Shown here: positions 55,304-61,922 of the stretch, in pieces | Layout: each line of letters begins with the position of its first letter | Position numbering within the stretch: the stretch's first letter is position 1 | Origin: a virus | Direction: 5' to 3' (one strand) | Length of the DNA stretch: 64,000 nucleotides | Virus record (IMG/VR): IMGVR_UViG_3300045988_122521 | Translations under genes and position numbers: made by a program | The notes under the pieces: model-generated | What the model saw: only the letters and a program-made list of their open reading frames with translations | The model's database searches: none | What the model was told of the DNA's origin: nothing

Positions 55304-55522
55304 ATGACAGTTCTTGAAGCGTGCGCCATGCTGGAGCTTGGCGACGGCATCAAACCCAACATCGAACTTACCTTCGGCTCCAGTGGAGTTCCCTTTAACC
55401 CCAAAAACAGCCTTGAGATGATGGCCTACGGCGACTTCCTCATCGAAACCTGCCACGTCTGGGAGGGCGGCGTCAACCTCGTCCTCAAGCAGCAGTTCTG
55501 CAAGAAGAACTGGAACGCATAA
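55304..55522 (+). CDS. Hypothetical protein
   Basis: Start MTVLEACAMLELGDG with an AGGAGG RBS. 72 aa. Confidence 0.45.
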   Translation: MTVLEACAMLELGDGIKPNIELTFGSSGVPFNPKNSLEMMAYGDFLIETCHVWEGGVNLVLKQQFCKKNWNA

Positions 55523-55534
55523 GGGGGGGGCAGC

Positions 55535-55699
55535 ATGATTCCAGCAACCATCCAGATCGGTGATCCCGTCACCCAGTACATCGAAGCCACCAACCGCAAG
55601 GCCACCGGCAAGGTGATCTACATTCATCCTCTGCGCCGCTACTACATGGCGGAATTTTCCTTCCGTTTCGGCAAGTTCCGCGAGTGCTTTATGCTCTGA
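55535..55699 (+). CDS. Small hypothetical protein
   Basis: 54 aa, MIPATIQIGDPVTQYIEATNRKATGKVIYIHPLRRYYMAEFSF... Found by hand translation. Confidence 0.35.
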   Translation: MIPATIQIGDPVTQYIEATNRKATGKVIYIHPLRRYYMAEFSFRFGKFRECFML

Positions 55700-55704
55700 A
55701 AAAT

Positions 55705-55750
55705 TTTTCAAAAAAATCCCCCGAAAGGTGTTTACACGGTATGGTATCAT
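55705..55750 (+). promoter_or_regulatory. Composite promoter-like motif, copy 3 (heads the RNA island)
   Basis: TTTTTCAAAAAAATCCCCCGAAAGGTGTTTACACGGTATGGTATCAT. Confidence 0.45.
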
Positions 55751-55889
55751 CCTTTTGCCAAAGGGAGACAGGCTCTTTGACTCTCCTTCGAGTGTAAGAT
55801 AAGCTCCGACCCGTAAGCAGGAGCTGCGCCGGTCAACGTGGCGGTAGCCGCGCCCAGCGTCCCCAGTGCGATTCTGGCAGGGGCCATCC

Positions 55890-55962
55890 GCAGATGTAGC
55901 TCAGTCGGTAGAGCACCGCGCCAGGAGGTATGTCGTTGGTTCGAGTCCAACCGTCTGCACCA
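55890..55962 (+). ncRNA. tRNA-like element 1 (canonical acceptor, D and T arms, CCA; aberrant 15-nt core)
   Basis: GCAGATG-TA-GCTC-AGTCGGTA-GAGC-AC[CGCGCCAGGAGGTAT]GTC-GTTGG-TTCGAGT-CCAAC-CGTCTGC-A-CCA. No 5-bp/7-nt anticodon arm is possible. Confidence 0.5.
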
Positions 55963-56123
55963 ATTCTACGTGGACACCGCGCAAGCGGGATAGCCGTATG
56001 GGCGATGCGAAGTCCTGAAGTAAGCCCCTCAAGCCTCGATGTTGTAATTGCGCCTGTGATCTGCTGGCAAAAGCGAGGCACGGAAAAGATCTGGCGGCTC
56101 GGAAAGACGAGCACCCCCCTCAT

Positions 56124-56205
56124 GCAGACGTAGCTCAGTCGGTAGAGCACGCAGCGTTCCCGGCGCTGATTCCCGTCGTTGGTTCAAGTCCAACCGTCTG
56201 CACCA
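56124..56205 (+). ncRNA. tRNA-like element 2 (same scaffold as element 1; 24-nt core)
   Basis: The core GCAGCGTTCCCGGCGCTGATTCCC contains stem CAGCG/CGCTG with loop TTCCCGG (CCC in the anticodon position). It is out of canonical register: 2 extra nt on the 5' side and a 9-nt 3' segment. Confidence 0.5.
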
Positions 56206-56530
56206 TAGGCGTGACCTCTTGCCTCGCAGCCGCACGGAGCGTAAGCCTGCGAAAGTGGTCTTTCCTGTGCGCTGTACGAAAGCGGCAGGACGAAGAAATT
56301 TATGTATTGGCTGGCACCGGCTTTGTAAAGATGAACGGATGCGACCGACGTACCGGCGCAGGGCTGAAAAGTTCCGTGGTTGGTTCGGGTGCCGGCGTGT
56401 GCGGCGAAAATCCGAGGCGAAACCTGTAGATGTGGAAGCGGCGTGGTGGCGGCCGTCTTTGGACAAGGCCGCCGTGTAGGTCAGTAGCCATCCGCACCGG
56501 CACCCCGCCAACTGTGTCCCCGCAAAATAC
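56206..56530 (+). ncRNA. Candidate structured RNA spacer (GNRA-rich)
   Basis: No credible ORF. Many short helices capped by GAAA/GTAA loops (56251, 56278, 56406, 56419). Perfect hairpin GGCGGCC..GGCCGCC. Confidence 0.3.
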
Positions 56531-56607
56531 GCAGCGTTAGTGTTTAACGGTCAGCACATCGGTCTTCCAAACCGAGAGTGGCGGTTCGAATCCGCTACGC
56601 TGCTCCA
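56531..56607 (+). tRNA. tRNA-Gly: tRNA-Gly (anticodon TCC), CCA encoded
   Basis: Acceptor GCAGCGT/ACGCTGC, anticodon arm TCGGT-CTTCCAA-ACCGA, T arm GGCGG-TTCGAAT-CCGCT, discriminator T. Confidence 0.85.
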
Positions 56608-56778
56608 TGCCCGCCTGGTGGGCGACTTCCCCCATCAGGAATGAAACCTCCGCATCTGGCAGCGGTGTCGCCGGGTGGAATCAGCCGGTAGCAAGATTCG
56701 GGCGTGACAGCGAACGAAGGAACGCCCCATCGGCAGCCGCACCGGAGAGCTATGCGGCAAATCTAAAGAAAGGGACGG

Positions 56779-56787
56779 TGCTATAAT
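56779..56787 (+). promoter_or_regulatory. Extended -10 promoter (TGcTATAAT)
   Basis: TG at 56779-56780 and TATAAT at 56782-56787. No good -35. Confidence 0.4.
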
Positions 56788-56792
56788 CGTGT

Positions 56793-57028
56793 TTTTTATC
56801 AATTACCTGTTCTGGGTATCCGGCGCGGTGCCGTTCCTTGCGATCCCCGCCTGCGCCCCCGCCGCAGGCGCCCGCGAAATCCCTGTGCGTGTGCGCCGAC
56901 GCACGAAGATCAGGCGGACGGGCAGATGGTTCACAGCCGGATTCACTTAGTGTCCACACTCAGCGGGGTATACAAAGTCGAAACGAAAAACGGAGAGGCA
57001 GCGCCCTCTGCGCCCCCTCTCCGTTTTA
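56793..57028 (+). ncRNA. Candidate ~235-nt non-coding transcript ending in a strong terminator
   Basis: Bounded by the extended -10 promoter and the hairpin ACGGAGAGG..CCTCTCCGT+TTTT (56990-57028). Only low-complexity ORFs cross it. Confidence 0.3.
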
Positions 57029-57031
57029 TAC

Positions 57032-57162
57032 GCGGAAGCGCCGTCAGGGGCAAACGACATTTTTTCTACCGCATACAAATCGCACACATGACCTCCCTCA
57101 TCCTTTCTGTTCGTTCGTTGGTGTTGTCGTTTCTGCGGGTTCGAATCCCGCCTTCCGCTCCA
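57032..57162 (+). ncRNA. tRNA-like element 3: tRNA-Gly-type acceptor/T arm enclosing a ~90-nt insert
   Basis: 5' GCGGAAG pairs with 3' CTTCCGC-T-CCA. T arm GCGGG-TTCGAAT-CCCGC. An 8-bp helix AAACGACA/TGTCGTTT closes the insert. Confidence 0.45.
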
Positions 57163-57305
57163 CGGTCCATCATGGACCTCCTTGAAAAGCTGTGGCCGTA
57201 AGAAACAGCTCTGGGTGTTGTTCCCCCAGCTCCTGCTGGAATGCAGGCAGGCCATTTCACCCCCATCTGGGCGGCGAGGTTTGGACCGACCCGCCGCCCA
57301 CCTCT

Positions 57306-57381
57306 GGGATGTTAGCTCAGCAGGCAGAGCAGACGGCTCATAACCGTCCGGTCACGGGTTCGATCCCCCTACATCCCACCA
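57306..57381 (+). tRNA. tRNA-Met: tRNA-Met or tRNA-Ile2 (anticodon CAT), CCA encoded
   Basis: Acceptor GGGATGT/ACATCCC, anticodon arm GACGG-CTCATAA-CCGTC. One mismatch in the T stem. Confidence 0.8.
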
Positions 57382-57446
57382 GCCGCAAGGCGAAAAAACA
57401 AAGTCAGCGAAATCCCCATTTTTTTACAGAAAGGAGGACCTATATC

Positions 57447-57719
57447 ATGACCAAGAGCGAATTCATCGCCGCTGTGGCGGCGGGCGCCAACGTTTCCAAG
57501 GCAGAAGCCGACCGCGTGATCGCCGCCGCCGCCAACACCCTCACCGGTGCCATGTGCAGCGGCGACAACGTGAGTATCCCCGGCTTCGGCATCTTCACCA
57601 GCAGGATGCGCGACGCGCACCCCGGCAAAAATCCCGCTACCGGCGAGACCATCACCATCCCCGCTAAGCGCGTGGCGGTGTTCAAGCCCGCTAAGCAGCT
57701 GAAAGACGCTCTGAACTAA
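57447..57719 (+). CDS. hup: HU-family DNA-binding protein
   Basis: 90 aa, MTKSEFIAAVA...GFGIFTSRMRDAHPGKNPATGETITIPAKRVAVFKPAKQLKDAL. AAAGGAGG RBS. Confidence 0.9.
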   Translation: MTKSEFIAAVAAGANVSKAEADRVIAAAANTLTGAMCSGDNVSIPGFGIFTSRMRDAHPGKNPATGETITIPAKRVAVFKPAKQLKDALN

Positions 57720-57749
57720 TGCGCGCTTGCGCAGAATATCCCCCATCAT

Positions 57750-57783
57750 GAGCCGGACGGCCAAGCGCCCTCCGGCTCGTTTT
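57750..57783 (+). terminator. Rho-independent terminator after hup
   Basis: GAGCCGGA..TCCGGCTC followed by GTTTT. Confidence 0.6.
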
Positions 57784-57847
57784 GGAAGCGAAATTTACGT
57801 TTCGTTTTGTATATAAGTCAGCAAATAACCAAACACATTCAGCCAAA

Positions 57848-57869
57848 TTTTCGCAAGTGTTTGCGAAAA
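57848..57869. promoter_or_regulatory. Palindromic operator-like site upstream of the cysteine desulfurase gene
   Basis: TTTTCGCAA-gtgt-TTGCGAAAA in an AT-rich promoter region. Confidence 0.4.
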
Positions 57870-57926
57870 TATCCCAACAACCTAAGACACCACTTATGAA
57901 ACTTCTTATAAAAAAGGAGAATCCCC

Positions 57927-59000
57927 ATGATCTACTTCGACAACGCCGCCACCACACCGCCCGTTCCCGGCGCATTTGGTGCCGCCACACAGTGCGCCAT
58001 CTTCGGCAACCCTTCCAGCGCCCACGCCGTTGGGCGCGAGGCTAAGGCCGAACTGGAATCTTGCCGTGCCATCATCGCCGACAAACTGAACTGCGAACCG
58101 GACGAGGTGTATTTCACCTCCGGTGCCACCGAAGCTTGCAACTGGATGGTCAGATGCCTCCGGCTGGAGACCGACGCCATCAACTACAACGACACCGTTC
58201 ACCACGCCGTTAGCGAGGCTGCCCGGTCATACCTCGTGCCCATCGCTACCCACGGCAAGCCCTCCGCCATCCTATCCCTCGTCAACAACGAAACCGGCCA
58301 GATAAGCAATGTGGACGCTTTCTGCCGCAAGAATCGCCCCCACCGCATCGCCCTTGACGCCACCGCCGCCGTAGGACACATCCCCGTGGACTTCAAGGCG
58401 CTGGGTGCGGACTACATGGCGTTCGGAGGCCACAAGTTCGGATCCCTCAAGGGCATCGGTGCACTCATCGTCCGCCGCGGCTGTCCCATCGCCCCCATGA
58501 TCTTCGGCGGCGCACAGGAGCGCGGTATGCGCGGCGGCACGGTCTCCGTCCCCCTTGTCAGCTCTATGGCCGCCGCCCTCACCTGGCGCTCCCTCCACAT
58601 GGCAGAAAACGAGAAAGCTATCCGCGCCGTCGCTCAGGAGCTTATCATTTCCCTTGGTTGCCACCATGTGGATTTCGACATCAATCTGCCCGGCGGCAAA
58701 AGCAGCAAGGATTGCGCTCCCCACATCCTCTCCATCCGCTTCCCCGGCGTCTACGGCGCGTCCCTCGCCGCCGCCCTCAGCGTAAACGGCATCATGGTGT
58801 CTACCGGCTCCGCCTGTTCCTCCGGCGACAACGCCGCCTCCGCCAACCTCATGGCCAGCGGCCTTACCGAGCAGGAGGCACTGGAGACCATCCGCTTCTC
58901 CTTCGACTGGTACAACACAACCGCCGAGGCCGCCGAAGCCGCCCGCACCATCTCCAGGCTTCTCCCTTCGCTCCGCCGCGGCAAAAGCGGCAAAAATTGA
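57927..59000 (+). CDS. Cysteine desulfurase (NifS/IscS-like, class V aminotransferase), short form
   Basis: 357 aa. PLP lysine context GGHKFGSLKG. Active-site loop STGSACSSG. Confidence 0.8.
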   Translation: MIYFDNAATTPPVPGAFGAATQCAIFGNPSSAHAVGREAKAELESCRAIIADKLNCEPDEVYFTSGATEACNWMVRCLRLETDAINYNDTVHHAVSEAARSYLVPIATHGKPSAILSLVNNETGQISNVDAFCRKNRPHRIALDATAAVGHIPVDFKALGADYMAFGGHKFGSLKGIGALIVRRGCPIAPMIFGGAQERGMRGGTVSVPLVSSMAAALTWRSLHMAENEKAIRAVAQELIISLGCHHVDFDINLPGGKSSKDCAPHILSIRFPGVYGASLAAALSVNGIMVSTGSACSSGDNAASANLMASGLTEQEALETIRFSFDWYNTTAEAAEAARTISRLLPSLRRGKSGKN

Positions 59001-59082
59001 AAAAAATTCCCCGCGCCGGTTGCAAAATTGCCCCCTGTCGGTAGACTATACTATGATAAATCTTTAGAAGGAGGACATCCAC

Positions 59083-59361
59083 ATGTCTATGAATTCCGCA
59101 AAGCTGAAGCAGTACCTCTCCCTCAAGGACACCGCCGCCCTGGCCAAGGGCTTCGCCGCCTCCGTTTCCGCCGCCGATCCTCAGAGCGACAGCGATCACG
59201 CCTCCGTGGCGCTGGAACTGCCCCACCCCGCCGCGCTGGACGGTACGGCGAAATCGGTATTTGCCGCGCTGTGTTCCTTCGCGGACAGCATCTACATGGC
59301 CGCCGGCGAAACCACCATCCGCTTCACCTTCGCAGTGGAGAATATGCAAAAGGAGGAATAA
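59083..59361 (+). CDS. Hypothetical protein
   Basis: 92 aa with an AAGGAGG RBS. Confidence 0.45.
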   Translation: MSMNSAKLKQYLSLKDTAALAKGFAASVSAADPQSDSDHASVALELPHPAALDGTAKSVFAALCSFADSIYMAAGETTIRFTFAVENMQKEE

Positions 59362-59365
59362 CGCC

Positions 59366-59539
59366 ATGCTCGTCACCAACGTCGTCAAACGCGAATATCC
59401 CCTCACCGTCCGCCGCAAGCGGGACGGCGAGGTGTTTACCATGCTCATCGAAGCCGAGTCCGAAGCCGCCGCCCGTCTCCTCCTCCCCGACACCGTGGAA
59501 CTGGTGGAGACGCCCAAGCGCGGCAAGGAGGGGGTCTGA
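59366..59539 (+). CDS. Small hypothetical protein
   Basis: Start MLVTNVVKREYPL. 57 aa. Confidence 0.4.
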   Translation: MLVTNVVKREYPLTVRRKRDGEVFTMLIEAESEAAARLLLPDTVELVETPKRGKEGV

Positions 59540-59542
59540 TAT

Positions 59543-60574
59543 ATGCCCCGCACATCTGCCGCCGAGCGCAGACTCTGCGCCGCCACCGACGCATACCTCA
59601 AAAACTGCGCCGCCACCGACTTTTCCCCCCGCACCCTCAAAAACTACACCTACACGCTGGAGGACTTCATGAATTTCTTCATCGAGTCCAAGGAGAATTA
59701 CGCCGACCCCAACTACGCTACCATCCTTCTGTGGCGAAACTCCCTCATTGAGCGGCAGTGCTCTCCTTCCACCGTCCGGCAGTATCTCATCCGCCTCCAC
59801 GCCTTTTTCGAGTTCGCCTGCGACCCTCAATGCGGCGGCTGGTATCAGACGAACCCTGTCTCCAAGCGCCTGCTGCCCAACACGCGGCGGGAGGAACTGC
59901 GTCCCTATGACCCGCTCCTCACCGACCAACAGGTCATGAAGCTATGGCGAAATGACCGTCCTCCGCGTGCCAAGGCCGCCACTTACCCCCGCAACTACGC
60001 CATCGTCATCCTTCTCCTCACCACGGAACTGCGCAACGCGGAGCTGCTGCACCTCACCCCCGCCGACCTCTACTGGGACGATGGCGAGATTTTCGTAGAA
60101 TACGGCAAGGGCAACAAGTTCCGCCGTGTGGACTTCCCCGACATTGCCCAGTCTGCCGTCCGCATCTACCTTGCCAGCGGCATCCGCCCCCGCGGCCTGC
60201 CGGATACCGCGCCCCTGTTCGGCACTACCAGCGAAAAGGGCGTTTTCGGTGCCAGAAATCGGGACTGTGGATGGTCCGCCGGTTCTCCCACATGGCTTTC
60301 CGCGCTGGTGGAGCGCCACGTCAAGGCCGTCACCGGCGTCCCCAATATCCGCACCCACGACCTGCGCCACGTCGGCGCACGTCTCGACCTCAATGGCGGT
60401 ATGGCGCAGGAGGAACTGCAGGCAAAACTGGGTCACGCCTCCCCCGCCATCACCCAGGTCTATTCCGGAAAGCTCATGGGCAAAGCGGGTAAGCGCTCCG
60501 CCATTCTGGTACTGGAAGCCCGAGAACGGCAGGCGGAGATCAACGAAGGCCTCTTATCCGCCTCTTCACAATAA
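59543..60574 (+). CDS. Tyrosine recombinase, XerC/D-like
   Basis: 343 aa. Catalytic contexts ELRNAEL (R), THDLRH (HxxR), LGHAS (H), QVYSG (Y). Confidence 0.85.
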   Translation: MPRTSAAERRLCAATDAYLKNCAATDFSPRTLKNYTYTLEDFMNFFIESKENYADPNYATILLWRNSLIERQCSPSTVRQYLIRLHAFFEFACDPQCGGWYQTNPVSKRLLPNTRREELRPYDPLLTDQQVMKLWRNDRPPRAKAATYPRNYAIVILLLTTELRNAELLHLTPADLYWDDGEIFVEYGKGNKFRRVDFPDIAQSAVRIYLASGIRPRGLPDTAPLFGTTSEKGVFGARNRDCGWSAGSPTWLSALVERHVKAVTGVPNIRTHDLRHVGARLDLNGGMAQEELQAKLGHASPAITQVYSGKLMGKAGKRSAILVLEARERQAEINEGLLSASSQ

Positions 60575-60575
60575 G

Positions 60576-60612
60576 AAAGGACACTCCTTGCGAAAAGGGG
60601 TGTCCTTTCTTT
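60576..60612 (+). terminator. Rho-independent terminator
   Basis: AAAGGACAC..GTGTCCTTT followed by CTTT. Confidence 0.55.
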
Positions 60613-60634
60613 GTATTTCTCCCAATTGCAAAAG

Positions 60635-60663
60635 TTGACACGCATCGAGTTCTGCGCTACAAT
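60635..60663 (+). promoter_or_regulatory. Sigma-70-type promoter
   Basis: TTGACA-17 nt-TACAAT. Confidence 0.6.
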
Positions 60664-60694
60664 GCACACACCAAATAAAGGGGGGTATTCTGAT

Positions 60695-60910
60695 ATGAGC
60701 GATCAGGAAAATGTGTATTGTACCTGCGGCGGCTCCCGTTCTGTCACCACGGGATTTGAGGACGATTTCGGCTATTGGTATGTTTGTACCAGATGCGGGA
60801 AACGGCTGGATGGGGAGCATCACTACTACAACCATTACGACGGAGAAGATCACGAAGTATTCTGGACGGCAGACGGCGGCATCGAGACCGACGACTCCGA
60901 TAATGACTAA
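60695..60910 (+). CDS. Small zinc-ribbon-like acidic protein
   Basis: MSDQENVYCTCGG...CTRCGK. 71 aa. Confidence 0.45.
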   Translation: MSDQENVYCTCGGSRSVTTGFEDDFGYWYVCTRCGKRLDGEHHYYNHYDGEDHEVFWTADGGIETDDSDND

Positions 60911-60926
60911 CACAAGAAAGAAGAAG

Positions 60927-60960
60927 GAGAGCGCCGAGGTAAATCGGCGCTCTCTTTTTT
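60927..60960. terminator. Terminator shared by convergent genes
   Basis: GGAGAGCGCCGA..TCGGCGCTCTC followed by T6. Overlaps the amidase stop. Confidence 0.55.
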
Positions 60961-61651
60961 ACACCCCAAGAAGTTTTCCCCAAGTCCCCTTACCGGCAAT
61001 ACCGTCGGCACCCAGCGAATATTTGGTCTGGAACTTCTTCAGCGCCGATTCGGTGCCGGATCCGAAATCACCGTCCGTACCGGCCGCGCCGCAGCTAAAG
61101 CCGTAGGCGATGAGCGCCGCCTGCAGCGTCTTCACGTCCGACCCCTTCATGCCCTTGGAGAGCATCCGCACCTGCATGTCCAGCTTCGTGGTCTGCACAT
61201 CAGGCGCTGGGTCCGCCGTGCCGTAGGCGATGGCGTCGAAGGGGAAATATGTACCAGGACACCCCGTGGCGTTGACGTCGCTGTGTTTCTGCACCTTGCT
61301 GATGCCGTACTTCTGCTTGAGGTATGCCACCAGCTCCGCGCCGGCCTGCCGCTGGACAGCGCCCATCTGTTCCTTGTCGAAGCTGCCCTCGAAGCACACG
61401 CCGATGCTGTCGTAGTTGTTGTTGCCGGCGTGTGCACCCATCACGTTCTCCGGTCTGCCGCGGTAGATGGAACCGTCCTTCCGCACGAGGAAGTGGTACC
61501 CGATGCCCGCCCATCCGTTGGCTACATGCCAGCTGTGGATCTGCTGGGCCGTGCAGGTTTTGGCGGCGGCGTGATGCAGGATGATGCGGGTCGTGGACTG
61601 ACGCTTGACCAGCGTTCCGTTCCACTTATAAGTAGGCTCAATGAATCTCAC
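60959..61651 (-). CDS. N-acetylmuramoyl-L-alanine amidase endolysin with PG_binding_1 domain
   Basis: Amidase_2/PGRP-type N-half (ILHHAA..GYHFLV..H..D...GCPG). C-terminal TLQAALIAYGF..DGDFGSGTESALKKFQ. Confidence 0.85.
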   Translation of the reverse strand: MRFIEPTYKWNGTLVKRQSTTRIILHHAAAKTCTAQQIHSWHVANGWAGIGYHFLVRKDGSIYRGRPENVMGAHAGNNNYDSIGVCFEGSFDKEQMGAVQRQAGAELVAYLKQKYGISKVQKHSDVNATGCPGTYFPFDAIAYGTADPAPDVQTTKLDMQVRMLSKGMKGSDVKTLQAALIAYGFSCGAAGTDGDFGSGTESALKKFQTKYSLGADGIAGKGTWGKLLGV

Positions 61652-61883
61652 TGTTGTCCACCATCCCTTCCGTCTCCACCTGTACGCCCTTGTTGTACTG
61701 CGCCGTACTGATGCCCAGCAGAGCGCCCAGCAGCGCCGTCACAGCAGAGATGGTCATCGCCACCTGCTCCGCGTATGGCCAGCCCCAGACAGGCGCCAGC
61801 GCCACATAGAACGCGCTCAGCGCCGGCAGCGCGATCATGACTACCCACTTGAGGACATCGTACACCTTACTGTTCAGTTTCAT
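61638..61883 (-). CDS. Holin (phiLC3-like pattern)
   Basis: 81 aa, KVYDVLKWVVMIALPALSAFYVALAPVWGWPY..ISAVTALLGALLGIS. Directly upstream of the endolysin. Confidence 0.65.
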   Translation of the reverse strand: MKLNSKVYDVLKWVVMIALPALSAFYVALAPVWGWPYAEQVAMTISAVTALLGALLGISTAQYNKGVQVETEGMVDNSEIH

Positions 61884-61922
61884 ATCGACCTTTCCTTTCC
61901 GGCTCTATGAGCCTGTCCATTT

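Larger units (their letters stand above)
33721..60930. mobile_element. Mosaic accessory block / second integrative element (no virion, replication-initiator or conjugation genes in the window)
   Basis: Carries its own regulators, methyltransferases, an RNA island and HU. A Xer-like recombinase sits at the right edge. Includes an ASCH paralog of the phage gene. Confidence 0.45.

Noticed and set aside
56900-57162. tmRNA hypothesis. The segment has a GCAAACGAC (Ala-Asn-Asp) stretch and a tRNA-like 3' end, and looked like an ssrA tag region.
   Set aside because: The acceptor has G3:C70, not the alanine-identity G3:U70. The would-be tag (ANDIFSTAYKSHT) lacks a hydrophobic ..LAA-type end. No GGGG.. 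5' end pairs with the 3' strand. Total size is far below that of a tmRNA.
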